64,000 bases of DNA from a virus, in the IMG/VR virus record IMGVR_UViG_3300023110_000006; one strand, written 5' to 3'. A program made the position numbers and the translations under genes. Each line of letters opens with the position of its first letter. The first letter of the stretch is position 1. The notes under the pieces were generated by a model. It made no database searches. It was not told the origin of the DNA and saw only the letters and a list, made by a program, of their open reading frames with translations. Shown piece after piece: positions 50,042 through 60,492 of this stretch.

Positions 50042-52507
50042 ATGACTGTAAAAGGTACTATAGGTCAAGAAGATGTAATTTTAGAAGACGCGGCCACGGA
50101 AGCCACGCTCAAATCCATACTTGCCGCTATACAAGGCGGTGGCATGGGCGGTGGTGGAGGTGCAGGAGGCGGCCCTAAGCAAGCCCAGCAAAAGCTACTG
50201 GATCTGGCCAAGCAAACTGGTAAAACTAGTAAAACCGTAAAAGATTTTGAAGAAGATGTAGAAAATGCAGGTAATGCTCTTACTAGAGGATTCGGACATA
50301 TTGGTCAAGGACTATCAAACATTGCTATGGAGTTTATGTCAGGCACTGACAGACTCAGCGAATTTAGCCAACACATAACAGGAGTAATATCTAACATTCC
50401 TATTATAGGAGGAATGCTTGGAGGTGGTCTACAATTACTTACAAGTGTAGTCGATCAACAAATTGATGTATTTAGAGACATGTCAAAAGTAGGTGCAGGT
50501 TTTGGTAATGACCTAATGGCAACTAGACTAGCGGCCGCTAATGCTGGACTACAATTAGATACGTTCACAGGTATAATTACACAAAATTTAGATAACTTAA
50601 ATTTCTTTGCAGGCTCTGCTTCTGAAGCATCAAGACGTTTTGCTAACATAAGTGGACAAGTACAAAAAAATCAAATGCAATTCTCAAGATTAGGAATGAC
50701 TATGGAAGAAGTTGGCCAATATACTGCTGACTACATAGCATTGCAAGCTAGATCCGGTAGGGCACAAAGGATGACTGATGCTCAATTAGCCGCAGGAACT
50801 CAAGGATATATCAAGAATTTAGATCAATTAGCTAGAATGACCGGTAAACAGCGTGACGAGATTGCGGCTGAACTAAAATCACAAGCAGAAGATGATAGAA
50901 TTAATTTGTTGTTTGCTAGCCTTGATGCTGGGGCACAACAAAACATACAAAATGTTCTGTCAATGGTTGGTGATGCATCTCCAGAAATGAAAAATGCACT
51001 TACAGAAATGATAGCTACAGGCGGTGCTCCTCTAACAATGTATGGAGCAGAACTTGTAAATGCAAATTCAAATTTAGCGGCCGCGGCCCAAAATTTAAAA
51101 AATAATGCACCTGGTGCAATGGAAGAATTTTTGAAAGAAATGGACATTGCTGTAAGGAATTCACAAAATGCTGGACAAGCACATTTAGATACACTAGCCG
51201 TATCTAGAGCACTAGGTAACGAATATGGTGCGGCAACATCAGACATGGTTAGTATGAATGATAATATGCTTGATAGGTATTTGGAATCGCAACGTGAGTT
51301 AAATGCACAAACAGAAGATACAAAATTAGACATGACTAATTTTGAAAGTGCAATTACAAAAATTAAAAATACTATACAAACTGCATTGATAGACAGCGGT
51401 ATCTTCACACTTATTAATACAGAAATGAGTAAATTTACAGCTTGGTTAAGTGGTCCTGAGGCACTAACAGCAGTGCAAGGAGCAATACAGCCTTTTGTAG
51501 ATTTTTTCAAAGGTTTTATTGCAGACTTTAATGATCCTACAAAAGAACCTATGGCGGTTATCAAAGAATATCTAAACAAAGGATTAAGCAAACTAGGTGA
51601 ACTAATTAAACCATTAATTGCAAGTGCATTCAGTGGACTAGGCAGTATGATTATGGGAGCTATCTTTGGCGGTGGCAGTAGTGATGAAACATCAGTACCT
51701 GGTGGACCTCCAGGGTCTGGAGATGAATCTTCGGGCGCAGGATCGGGAGGCATATTTGTAGGACTAGACGGTGCCTTAGAAAAATTAGCTACAATGGTAG
51801 CAGTAGGTGGAACAGTTTATCTTGCTATCAAAGGTTTCCAAATGTTACTAGGTGGATTTAGCGCACCAAATGTTATACTTGGTGCAGGTGTACTAGCAGG
51901 ATTATTAATCGGTACAGGCGCGGCAATAGCCCTTGCAGGCCAAGGCATAAGTTCTGCAGGTGATGGCATAGAAAAAATGGCCACAGGTGTTGAACGTATG
52001 GCCGCAGTTAAAGATACAGCAAATCTAAAAGACGTTGCAGTAGCACTTGGTGATCTAGGTAAGGCAATGATAGCTCTTACTGCTGGTGGAGTGCTTGACA
52101 GCATAATGAGTTTCTTTGGTGCCGATTCACCTTTTGAAAAACTAGTAAAAGGTATTAATGAGTTTTCACAAATTGATGCAACAGCAGTATCAAACCTAAC
52201 TGCGTCTAGCAGTGGACTTGCAAATCTTAAAGCCTTTACTGAAGATTTAGATGCAGACGGTGTACGTAACTATGCAAGAGCTCTTAGAGAGTTAACAACA
52301 GCTATGAAACAACTGAACACAGTACTAGCTGACCAAAATACAGGTAGAAAAGAGAGCGGATATGCAGTAGCAGACATGCTCAAATCTGGAGCATTAGGCG
52401 GCGGTGGCGGCATAAGTAATAGTGGAATGAGTCAATTAATTGATTTAATGCGTGAAAATAATAGAATAACAGACCAAATACGAAGGCTAACGGGCGATAC
52501 TTTGTAG
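50042..52507 (+). CDS. tape measure-like protein
   Basis: Long Ala/Gly/Gln-rich helical protein with hydrophobic segments, next to gp26/gp51. ATG at 50042 preferred over TTG at 50036. Confidence 0.65.
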   Translation: MTVKGTIGQEDVILEDAATEATLKSILAAIQGGGMGGGGGAGGGPKQAQQKLLDLAKQTGKTSKTVKDFEEDVENAGNALTRGFGHIGQGLSNIAMEFMSGTDRLSEFSQHITGVISNIPIIGGMLGGGLQLLTSVVDQQIDVFRDMSKVGAGFGNDLMATRLAAANAGLQLDTFTGIITQNLDNLNFFAGSASEASRRFANISGQVQKNQMQFSRLGMTMEEVGQYTADYIALQARSGRAQRMTDAQLAAGTQGYIKNLDQLARMTGKQRDEIAAELKSQAEDDRINLLFASLDAGAQQNIQNVLSMVGDASPEMKNALTEMIATGGAPLTMYGAELVNANSNLAAAAQNLKNNAPGAMEEFLKEMDIAVRNSQNAGQAHLDTLAVSRALGNEYGAATSDMVSMNDNMLDRYLESQRELNAQTEDTKLDMTNFESAITKIKNTIQTALIDSGIFTLINTEMSKFTAWLSGPEALTAVQGAIQPFVDFFKGFIADFNDPTKEPMAVIKEYLNKGLSKLGELIKPLIASAFSGLGSMIMGAIFGGGSSDETSVPGGPPGSGDESSGAGSGGIFVGLDGALEKLATMVAVGGTVYLAIKGFQMLLGGFSAPNVILGAGVLAGLLIGTGAAIALAGQGISSAGDGIEKMATGVERMAAVKDTANLKDVAVALGDLGKAMIALTAGGVLDSIMSFFGADSPFEKLVKGINEFSQIDATAVSNLTASSSGLANLKAFTEDLDADGVRNYARALRELTTAMKQLNTVLADQNTGRKESGYAVADMLKSGALGGGGGISNSGMSQLIDLMRENNRITDQIRRLTGDTL

Positions 52508-52521
52508 TATAGGAATAGAAA

Positions 52522-54270
52522 ATGAGTTGGAAAAAATATTTTACACCAGTGCCAACAGCTGATAACTTAGGGGGAAGTTTCAGTCCTTTAGGTGGCGGTA
52601 AAAGAGGCGGTGGTGCTACAGCAGGACCAGCAAGGTCAAATTATAACAGTTATCTACCAGATGTATATGTAGGTAGTCCAAATCGTGTAGAGCGTTATGG
52701 ACAATACAATACAATGGATTTAGATTCAGAAGTAAATGCCGCACTAGACATTTTAGCAGAATTTTGCTCCCAAAAAAATACACAAAACAAAACTCCATTC
52801 CTATTAGATTTTAAAAAGAAAGCAACTAATTCAGAAACTACTATTCTACAACAGTATCTTTTACAATGGTGTAAAGTACAAAATTTTGAAACACGTATGT
52901 TTAGAATTATGCGTAATGCATTTAAATATGGCGATCAATTTTTTATTAGAGATCCAGAAACAAAAAAATTATTTCATGTAGATCCAGCAAACGTTGTTAG
53001 GATTATTGTAAATGAAAGTGAAGGAAAAACACCTGAACAATATGTAATTAAAAATTTTAATTTAAACTTTGCTGACATGGTAGCAACAACTCCTCATCAA
53101 ACTAACGGAAATGTTACTGGTGGAGGAGATGGTTACTTAACAGGCGGTGTCAGAGGAATGGTAGGACAAGCACCTACGCAAGCTGGTAGCAGATTTCAAC
53201 AAGGTGAAAATGAAATAACTATAGATGCAAAACATGTAGTTCATTTAAGTTTGTCAGAAGGCTTAGACAACAATTTTCCATTTGGTAATTCACTATTAGA
53301 AACAATTTTTAAAGTATACAAACAAAAAGAATTATTAGAAGATGCGATTATTATCTATCGTGTCCAACGTGCACCAGAGCGCAGAGTATTCTACGTTGAT
53401 GTGGGCAACATGCCTTCACACCTTGCTATGCAGTTTGTGGAGCGTGTTAAAACGGAAATACACCAAAGACGTATCCCATCGTCGACAGGTGGCGGTACAA
53501 ATGTCATAGACAGTTCATATAATCCACTGTCAATCAATGAAGACTACTTCTTCCCACAAACTGCGGAAGGTAGAGGATCTAAAGTTGAAACACTTCCAGG
53601 CGGTACTAACCTAGGAGAAATTGATGATCTTAGATACTTCACTAATAAACTTGTACGCGGGTTACGTATACCTAGCTCGTACTTACCAACTGGAGCGGAT
53701 GATTCAGCTTCACAATATAATGATGGGCGTGTTGGTACTGCATACATTCAAGAACTTAGGTTTAACACATACTGTGAAAGACTTCAAGGACTTCTTGTAG
53801 AAGATTTAAATAACGAATTTAAAAGATATCTTTTAGAAAAGGGTGTAAACATTGATACAGCAATGTTTGACATTAGATTCCAACCGCCACAAAACTTTGC
53901 GGCTTATAGACAAAGTGAAATTGATAATGCACGTATTCCAACATTTACTCAAATGAGTGCAATACCATACATATCTAATCGTTTTGCTATGAAACGTTTC
54001 TTAGGATTAAGTGAAGAAGAGCTTGCAGAGAATGAAAGACTATGGCGAGAGGAAAATGATGAAAACCTACAACCACTACCAACAGATGCGGCAGGTGAAA
54101 TGCGCGGAGCAGGTATAAGCAGTGCAGGTATTGATGCTGACATGTCTGGAATGGATGCAGAAGTTCCAGGAGGTGATGCACCAGTTGATGGAGGAACAGG
54201 AGAAGGCCCAGAAACCGCTACAGGAGATGCAGGCGCACCAGCAGAAGGAAATACTGACGTAACAGTATAA
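52522..54270 (+). CDS. portal protein gp20
   Basis: LLEDAIIIYRVQRAPERRVFYVDVGNMP, EDYFFP, GRGSKVETLPGGTNLGEIDDLRYF. Confidence 0.95.
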   Translation: MSWKKYFTPVPTADNLGGSFSPLGGGKRGGGATAGPARSNYNSYLPDVYVGSPNRVERYGQYNTMDLDSEVNAALDILAEFCSQKNTQNKTPFLLDFKKKATNSETTILQQYLLQWCKVQNFETRMFRIMRNAFKYGDQFFIRDPETKKLFHVDPANVVRIIVNESEGKTPEQYVIKNFNLNFADMVATTPHQTNGNVTGGGDGYLTGGVRGMVGQAPTQAGSRFQQGENEITIDAKHVVHLSLSEGLDNNFPFGNSLLETIFKVYKQKELLEDAIIIYRVQRAPERRVFYVDVGNMPSHLAMQFVERVKTEIHQRRIPSSTGGGTNVIDSSYNPLSINEDYFFPQTAEGRGSKVETLPGGTNLGEIDDLRYFTNKLVRGLRIPSSYLPTGADDSASQYNDGRVGTAYIQELRFNTYCERLQGLLVEDLNNEFKRYLLEKGVNIDTAMFDIRFQPPQNFAAYRQSEIDNARIPTFTQMSAIPYISNRFAMKRFLGLSEEELAENERLWREENDENLQPLPTDAAGEMRGAGISSAGIDADMSGMDAEVPGGDAPVDGGTGEGPETATGDAGAPAEGNTDVTV

Positions 54271-54277
54271 ATACATT

Positions 54278-54526
54278 ATGATCCTAAGAGAACTATTTTA
54301 TTTTGACCGTGAAACTATTGAGCCAGTTGAGGATAAGCAATATGATCCTCAATATGATCACTCACCGGTTGACTTTGATAGCACACGTAAAACTCGATTA
54401 ACACTTAGTCAGATTAACCGTGCAAGACTAGCATCTGAAATTCATACAGAAGAACAAGAAAAGGAATTACATTTTGTTAGACAAATGTATGGATTAGCGG
54501 CAAACGCGGAGGCTGGCGGAGCGTGA
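54278..54526 (+). CDS. conserved phage hypothetical protein (head module)
   Basis: TATAAATA at 54266-54273 directly upstream; DSTRKTRLTLSQIN...VRQMYG. Confidence 0.75.
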   Translation: MILRELFYFDRETIEPVEDKQYDPQYDHSPVDFDSTRKTRLTLSQINRARLASEIHTEEQEKELHFVRQMYGLAANAEAGGA

Positions 54527-54529
54527 TAA

Positions 54530-55120
54530 TTGAGTATAGCATTTGTATTAGGTAACGGTACTTCCCGGGACGGGATTCCATTAGAATCACTTAAAAAGTT
54601 TGGAACAATTTATGCCTGCAATGCAGTCTATAGAGACTTTGATCCTGACTATCTTGTAGCAGTTGATACAAAAATGGTGAACGAAATTGTGCACCGTAAC
54701 TACCAATACAAAAGACCTGTATGGACAAATTATAACAAAACCTTTGAAAAGTACAAAGGATTAAATTATTTTACTCCGAGTAAAGGATGGAGTAGCGGCC
54801 CTACAGCATTAGATCTTGCAAGCTCACACAATCACAACACAATTTATATACTTGGTTTTGACTTTAGAGGTATAGGGCCTGAACATAAACGTGTTAATAA
54901 CTTGTATAGCGGTACTCAAAATTACAAAGGTAGTCACGATACTGCAACATATTATGGTAATTGGTTGCGCCAAACTACATTAATAATGCAACAAAATGAC
55001 AAAAAGAGATATATAAGAGTGATACTAGAAAAAGGATTTATACCAGAACCTTTAGATAAATTTAGTAACGTAACTCATGTAAATAAGGAAGATTTTTGTA
55101 AATCTTTCAATATTTTATAA
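54530..55120 (+). CDS. Maf/DUF115-like (sialyltransferase-related Rossmann fold) protein
   Basis: FVLGNGTSR, YACNAVYRD, LVAVD, WSSGPTA, IYILGFD. Confidence 0.5.
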   Translation: MSIAFVLGNGTSRDGIPLESLKKFGTIYACNAVYRDFDPDYLVAVDTKMVNEIVHRNYQYKRPVWTNYNKTFEKYKGLNYFTPSKGWSSGPTALDLASSHNHNTIYILGFDFRGIGPEHKRVNNLYSGTQNYKGSHDTATYYGNWLRQTTLIMQQNDKKRYIRVILEKGFIPEPLDKFSNVTHVNKEDFCKSFNIL

Positions 55121-55124
55121 AATT

Positions 55125-55156
55125 TGTCAAAAACTGTCTGTTTTTGGCGTATTTTC
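55125..55156 (+). terminator. possible terminator hairpin
   Basis: gtcaaaaac-tgtct-gtttttggc followed by gtatttt. Confidence 0.4.
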
Positions 55157-55236
55157 CAGTATAATATTATAATATAACTAAATAATATTGACAGCCTTAC
55201 CATAGGTAAACTAAACTATTAACACAGGAGAAAATA

Positions 55237-56253
55237 ATGGCAGACCTAACTAAATTCGAGGAAATGCTCGAAAAACTAGTTAACGAGGATCGTGCTGGTG
55301 CTGAAGAGTTATTCCACGATATCGTTGTAGAAAAATCAAGAGAAATTTATGAAAACCTACTAGAAAATGATCTAGAGGAAGAAGACAAAGAAGTTGACGA
55401 AGCGTCTAAAGATGACGAAGTTGATGAAGCATCTGATGAAGAAGTAGATGAAGCTTCAAAAGACGAAGAAGTTGACGAATCTAAAGATGAAGAAGTTGAC
55501 GAGTCAGATGACGAAGAAGTTGAAGAGTCAGACGACGAAGAAACAAAAGAAGGTTTTGATTTAGATCAAGAAGTTGTAACACCAGAAGCAGATCCAATGG
55601 ACGCAGGTGATGATTTTGAAAAAGACATCGAAATGGACATGGACGACGAAGGCGAAGACGGTGATGCAGACCATGAAGAAGAAATGGACGATCTAAAAGA
55701 CAGAATGATGGATCTAGAAAAAGAACTAGATGCATTAAAAGCCGAGTATGAAGGCGACAACGATGGCGGCGACGATGAAGAAGGCGGCGACATGGATATG
55801 GATGCTGGAGACGAAGGCGATGACGATGCTGAAGAAGGCATCGATATGCTTGGCATGGAAGCAACTGACGAAGAAGTTGATGAAGCAAACGACGAAGAAG
55901 TTGACGAATCAACTGCTCCAAAATCAAATGCTGAACTAATGCGTGAATACGTGAATAAAATGTCAAATGAACCTAAAAAAGGTGACAATGGCGATAACAC
56001 AAAATCACCAGTAGCTGGCAAAAACGATATGGGCGGAACAACTGCAAATATCGTAAAAGGTGGAGACGCTGATACAGGTGGTACATCAGGTGGCTTAGAA
56101 GGTAACTCTGCAAAAGAGGACAATATGGGCAACATTAACGTACCAGGTGGAAAAGCGGCTAAAGCAAACAAAACTATGCCAAAAGGCCATGGCGCTGAGA
56201 AAAAAGGCGCAGGCGAAACAGCTGACAATAAAAAGTCAACAATTGGCTCTTAA
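55237..56253 (+). CDS. highly acidic prohead core protein (gp67/gp68-like role)
   Basis: Lies between portal and protease; many EEVDE repeats; TAAATA at 55179-55184. Confidence 0.6.
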   Translation: MADLTKFEEMLEKLVNEDRAGAEELFHDIVVEKSREIYENLLENDLEEEDKEVDEASKDDEVDEASDEEVDEASKDEEVDESKDEEVDESDDEEVEESDDEETKEGFDLDQEVVTPEADPMDAGDDFEKDIEMDMDDEGEDGDADHEEEMDDLKDRMMDLEKELDALKAEYEGDNDGGDDEEGGDMDMDAGDEGDDDAEEGIDMLGMEATDEEVDEANDEEVDESTAPKSNAELMREYVNKMSNEPKKGDNGDNTKSPVAGKNDMGGTTANIVKGGDADTGGTSGGLEGNSAKEDNMGNINVPGGKAAKANKTMPKGHGAEKKGAGETADNKKSTIGS

Positions 56254-56278
56254 TTGTTAGTATATTAGGAAAGTAAAG

Positions 56279-56905
56279 ATGAATTTACTGAGCGAGAATT
56301 TGACATTTGACCAAGCGAAGATGGTCGTTGAATCTGCCGATAACCAAAACGGTGGCAAAGACCTTTATATGAAAGGTATTTGTATCCAAGGTGGTGTACG
56401 AAACGCAAATGAGCGTGTGTATCCTGTGGAGGAAATTGGTAGGGCTGTCAAAACTCTCAATGATCAAATCAGCACTGGTTACTCAGTTCTCGGTGAAGTT
56501 GATCATCCTGAAGGCCTAAACATTAACCTTGATAGAGTTTCACATATGATTACTAGTATGTGGATGGAAGAAAACAATGGTTATGGGAAACTAAAAATTT
56601 TACCAACCCCGATGGGACAACTAGTTAAAACAATGCTTGAAAGCGGCGTTAAACTAGGCGTTTCATCGAGAGGTAGTGGTGAAGTCGACGGCGGCGGAAA
56701 CGTTGCCGGATTCGAAATAATTACGGTAGACGTTGTGGCACAACCAAGTGCTCCTGGAGCATATCCTACGCCAATCTACGAACACCTAATGAACGCCCGT
56801 GGAGGGTACAAGGCATACGAACTTGCAAAGGCAACAAAAAATGATGAAAAGGCACAAAAGTATCTAAAGGAATCGTTGATTAATATAATCAACAAACTCC
56901 AATAG
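56279..56905 (+). CDS. prohead core protease gp21
   Basis: NANERVYP, LGEVDHP, VSH, LGVSSRGSG, DVVAQPSAPGAY. Confidence 0.93.
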   Translation: MNLLSENLTFDQAKMVVESADNQNGGKDLYMKGICIQGGVRNANERVYPVEEIGRAVKTLNDQISTGYSVLGEVDHPEGLNINLDRVSHMITSMWMEENNGYGKLKILPTPMGQLVKTMLESGVKLGVSSRGSGEVDGGGNVAGFEIITVDVVAQPSAPGAYPTPIYEHLMNARGGYKAYELAKATKNDEKAQKYLKESLINIINKLQ

Positions 56906-56919
56906 CTTAGGAGAAAAGT

Positions 56920-58014
56920 ATGATAGATGCACTGAAAACACTCTTTGAAAACGATGTTGTTTCGGAAGAAGTCAGAGCACAAATAGAAGAAGCGTGGGAA
57001 GCAAAAATTCGTGAAAATAAACAAGCTGTTACAGCTGAACTTCGCGAAGAGTTCGCTTCGAAATACGAACACGACAAGCAAACAATGGTGGAAGCTATTG
57101 ATAAAATGCTTGAAGAGCGTCTTTCGGACGAGATTGCTGAATTTGCTGAGGATCGCAAATCACTTGCTGAAGCAAAAGCTAAGTATGCCGTTAAAATGCG
57201 TGAAAACGCAGATGTAATGAAAGCATTTGTTTTTGATCAATTAGGCAAGGAAGTTTCTGAACTACACGAAGACCAAAAGAAAATGGCAATTAATTTTGCT
57301 AAACTTGAAGAATTTGTAGTAGAGGCTCTATCTAAGGAAATCGCAGAGTTTTACGAAGATAAGAAAGACCTAGCTGAGACGAAAGTTAGACTAATTCGTG
57401 AAGCTAAGGAACACTTCAATAAAGTGAAAACATCCTTTATTGAAAAGGGTGCAAAATTGGTATCTGAAACAGTTGGAAAAACTCTTAACAAAGAGATTTC
57501 TGCACTTAAAGAAGATATCGAAACTGCACGTAAAAATGACTTCGGTCGCAAGCTGTTTGAAAGTTTTGCATCCGAGTATGCTAATAGCTACTTGAATGAA
57601 AAATCAGAGACAGCTAAACTTCTAAAAGTTGTAGATGTTAAAGATCTACAGGTTAAAGAAGCGAACGAAGCCGCAGAGAAAGCAACTGCTCTTGTAAAAG
57701 AGAGAGAAGCAGAAATACAACGTATTAATGAAGCGGCTACGAGAGAAAAAACGATTAACGGATTGATTGAGCCATTAAGCAAAGATCAACGGGAAATCAT
57801 GACAGACTTACTGGAGAGCGTTCAAACAGCTAAATTAAATTCAGCTTTTGACAAGTATCTACCGGCAGTTATTGACGGAAAGAGTCCAGCGAAGCAGAAG
57901 GCAAAACTAAATGAGGCTAAAGAAATTACAGGCAATAGAGAAACTAACGTCAGTAGTAAGGCAGACGGTGACGATAATGTAATATCGATCAAACGTCTAG
58001 CTGGATTAAATTAA
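56920..58014 (+). CDS. prohead scaffold protein gp22
   Basis: Coiled-coil Glu/Lys-rich protein between gp21 and gp23. Confidence 0.8.
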   Translation: MIDALKTLFENDVVSEEVRAQIEEAWEAKIRENKQAVTAELREEFASKYEHDKQTMVEAIDKMLEERLSDEIAEFAEDRKSLAEAKAKYAVKMRENADVMKAFVFDQLGKEVSELHEDQKKMAINFAKLEEFVVEALSKEIAEFYEDKKDLAETKVRLIREAKEHFNKVKTSFIEKGAKLVSETVGKTLNKEISALKEDIETARKNDFGRKLFESFASEYANSYLNEKSETAKLLKVVDVKDLQVKEANEAAEKATALVKEREAEIQRINEAATREKTINGLIEPLSKDQREIMTDLLESVQTAKLNSAFDKYLPAVIDGKSPAKQKAKLNEAKEITGNRETNVSSKADGDDNVISIKRLAGLN

Positions 58015-58024
58015 GGAGATAATT

Positions 58025-59200
58025 ATGTCAGAACTACTAGAAAGTCGCTGGCACGAGACCAAAGATGCGCTTATGGAAGGCTTAACAGGCAACAAGAAGT
58101 CTGTTATGTCAGCTACCTTAGAAAATACTCGTAAGTATTTGGCTGAGACAGCTACAGCAGGTGCAACTAGTGCCGGTAATGTCGCAACTCTTAACAGAGT
58201 TATTTTACCAGTTATCAGACGTGTAATGCCAACAGTTATCGCAAACGAACTAGTTGGTGTACAGCCGATGACAGGTCCAGTGGGTCAAATCCACACATTG
58301 AGAGTACGCTACGCTGATACAGCTGGCACAGGCGCAAGCGGTGCAGTAACAGGCGAAGAAGCACTTTCACCATTCAAGATCGCTGAAGCATATTCAGGTG
58401 ACACAACCAACGCTACGGCGGCGGCTACTGCGGCACTTGAAGGTTCAGCAGGTAACAGACTAAGCATCCAGATCTTAAAGCAAACAGTCGAAGCAAAAAC
58501 CAGAAAGCTATCAGCTCGCTGGACTTTTGAAGCGGCTCAAGATGCACAAGCACAACACGGTATCGATGTTGAAGCTGAGATCATGGCGGCTTTAGCACAA
58601 GAAATTACTGCTGAAATCGATCAAGAAGTTTTAGCTTCATTACGTACACTATCAGGTAATGCAGTACAAACTTACGATCAAGCGGCAGTATCAGGTACAG
58701 CAACATTTGTTGGTGATGAACATGCGGCACTTGCAGTTCAAATCAACAGAGCGGCTAACTTGATTGCACAGCGTACACGTAGAGGTGCAGGTAACTATGC
58801 AGTGGTATCACCATTTGCATTAACAATCCTACAATCTGCTACAACTTCAGCGTTCGCAAGAACAACTGAAGGTACTTTTGAAGCACCAACAAACACTAAG
58901 TTTGTAGGTACTTTAAACAATGCAATGCGTGTGTACGTTGATACATATGCAGGTGACGGTACAGCAGTACTAGTTGGTTACAAAGGTTCTTCAGAATCTG
59001 ATGCACCAGCGTTCTACTGCCCATACATCCCACTAATGTCAAGTGGTGTTGTGATGGATCCAGGTACATTCGAACCAGTTGTGAGCTTCATGACTCGTTA
59101 CGGATATATCGAGCTATCAAACACAGCTTCATCTTTGGGTAATGCGGCTGATTACCTAGCAAACGTTGCAATCACAAACGCAAACGTAAGCTTCAGCTAA
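58025..59200 (+). CDS. major capsid protein gp23
   Basis: GVQPMTGPVGQI, EAKTRKLSARWTFEAAQD, EITAEIDQE, FYCPYIPL, FMTRYG. Confidence 0.96.
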   Translation: MSELLESRWHETKDALMEGLTGNKKSVMSATLENTRKYLAETATAGATSAGNVATLNRVILPVIRRVMPTVIANELVGVQPMTGPVGQIHTLRVRYADTAGTGASGAVTGEEALSPFKIAEAYSGDTTNATAAATAALEGSAGNRLSIQILKQTVEAKTRKLSARWTFEAAQDAQAQHGIDVEAEIMAALAQEITAEIDQEVLASLRTLSGNAVQTYDQAAVSGTATFVGDEHAALAVQINRAANLIAQRTRRGAGNYAVVSPFALTILQSATTSAFARTTEGTFEAPTNTKFVGTLNNAMRVYVDTYAGDGTAVLVGYKGSSESDAPAFYCPYIPLMSSGVVMDPGTFEPVVSFMTRYGYIELSNTASSLGNAADYLANVAITNANVSFS

Positions 59201-59219
59201 TATTTTTTAGCACAAATTC

Positions 59220-59250
59220 AAAATAGGGCCTTTGTAGGCCCTATTTTTTT
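59220..59250 (+). terminator. intrinsic terminator after gp23
   Basis: aaaatagggcc-tttgta-ggccctatttt followed by a T-run. Confidence 0.9.
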
Positions 59251-59264
59251 GGCTACATTTTCTA

Positions 59265-59293
59265 TTGACATTTTAGCATTATTATAATATTAT
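59265..59293 (+). promoter_or_regulatory. sigma70 promoter TTGACA-N17-TATTAT
   Basis: Upstream of the GH5 gene, which has an AAGGAGG RBS. Confidence 0.7.
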
Positions 59294-59314
59294 TAGTAAT
59301 ATAAGGAGGCTCTA

Positions 59315-60481
59315 ATGTTTAGACAAATTATGCACGTATTACTTGTAGTATTAGGAATACAACTAGCTACATCAAATTCAGCAACAGCAAATGTTGAATA
59401 TCCATCAAAAGCATTTGAAGGTACAAGTATTGTAACGAGGCTGTTATGGCACGGATACAAATATGACGATCCAAGACAGGGCGTTAAAGAATTAATTGCA
59501 AACTTAAAACAGCTAGATGTTAAACGTGTAGTTGTACCTATTTGTATTGATCATATTGCAGAAAAGGGAAATTGTAGTAATCCTTATGCATATGCAAATG
59601 ATGATGTACGCTTTAATGTTATACAACAACTTGTGAGTGCAGGTTACCATGTAACAATTAGATTTCAACCAGAACGAGGCAAAAAAGCTAACGGTTCTTT
59701 TGTAACTTTTGTTGAAGACGGTATTCGTAATGACAAATATATTAGACAAAATTACTTTGATCTTTTACACAAGTATGCATTGCAATACTCAAACTTTTCA
59801 AAAGATGAGCTAAGTTTTAATATTCTTAACGAACCGCATTTTAGAAAAGTTGATAGACTGTATTTGCGTGAATATACTAAAATTGCTAGACAGGCAGTAG
59901 AAATTATTCGCAAACAAAGTCCTGATAGAATTATTATTGTACAATCTATTGCAAAAAGTGCTTTTGCACATGCTCCTCTAAAAAATAAAATTTTAGGATT
60001 TGGACCTAATAAATTAGTAAAAGTATTACCATATGACAATATTATTTACGGATTTAACTTTTTCGAACCAAATTCATTTACTGAACAAAGAAATGGTGCT
60101 AGATCAGGTCTTTCGTGGAACAGCAAATGGAACAAACAAATAGAACGTGATGCAAAAACACTAGCAAAATGGTCAAACAAAAAAGGTGTACCTGTGATTA
60201 TTACAGAAACTGGTGCAGTTACATATTTTGATGGTAAAACATCAGGACCTAGTACAATCAAAGAACGTGCTATGTTTGGTGAACAAATGTACAACAACTT
60301 TGTTGACAAATACGGTATAGGTTTAACTTGGTGGGCAATGGAAAAAGACAAATCATTATTTGTATATTGCAGAGCTGTATCATTTAACAGCTGGTATCCA
60401 CAAATTAGAGCATGGGATATTGATCTACTTAAGAGCTTACACTTGTTGTCAAATAAGACAGAAATTAAAACTTGTAGCTAA
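59315..60481 (+). CDS. secreted glycoside hydrolase, family 5 (cellulase-like TIM barrel)
   Basis: Signal peptide, NILNEP acid/base motif, ITETG nucleophile motif, LTWW. Confidence 0.75.
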   Translation: MFRQIMHVLLVVLGIQLATSNSATANVEYPSKAFEGTSIVTRLLWHGYKYDDPRQGVKELIANLKQLDVKRVVVPICIDHIAEKGNCSNPYAYANDDVRFNVIQQLVSAGYHVTIRFQPERGKKANGSFVTFVEDGIRNDKYIRQNYFDLLHKYALQYSNFSKDELSFNILNEPHFRKVDRLYLREYTKIARQAVEIIRKQSPDRIIIVQSIAKSAFAHAPLKNKILGFGPNKLVKVLPYDNIIYGFNFFEPNSFTEQRNGARSGLSWNSKWNKQIERDAKTLAKWSNKKGVPVIITETGAVTYFDGKTSGPSTIKERAMFGEQMYNNFVDKYGIGLTWWAMEKDKSLFVYCRAVSFNSWYPQIRAWDIDLLKSLHLLSNKTEIKTCS

Positions 60482-60492
60482 ATAGTCTTCAT

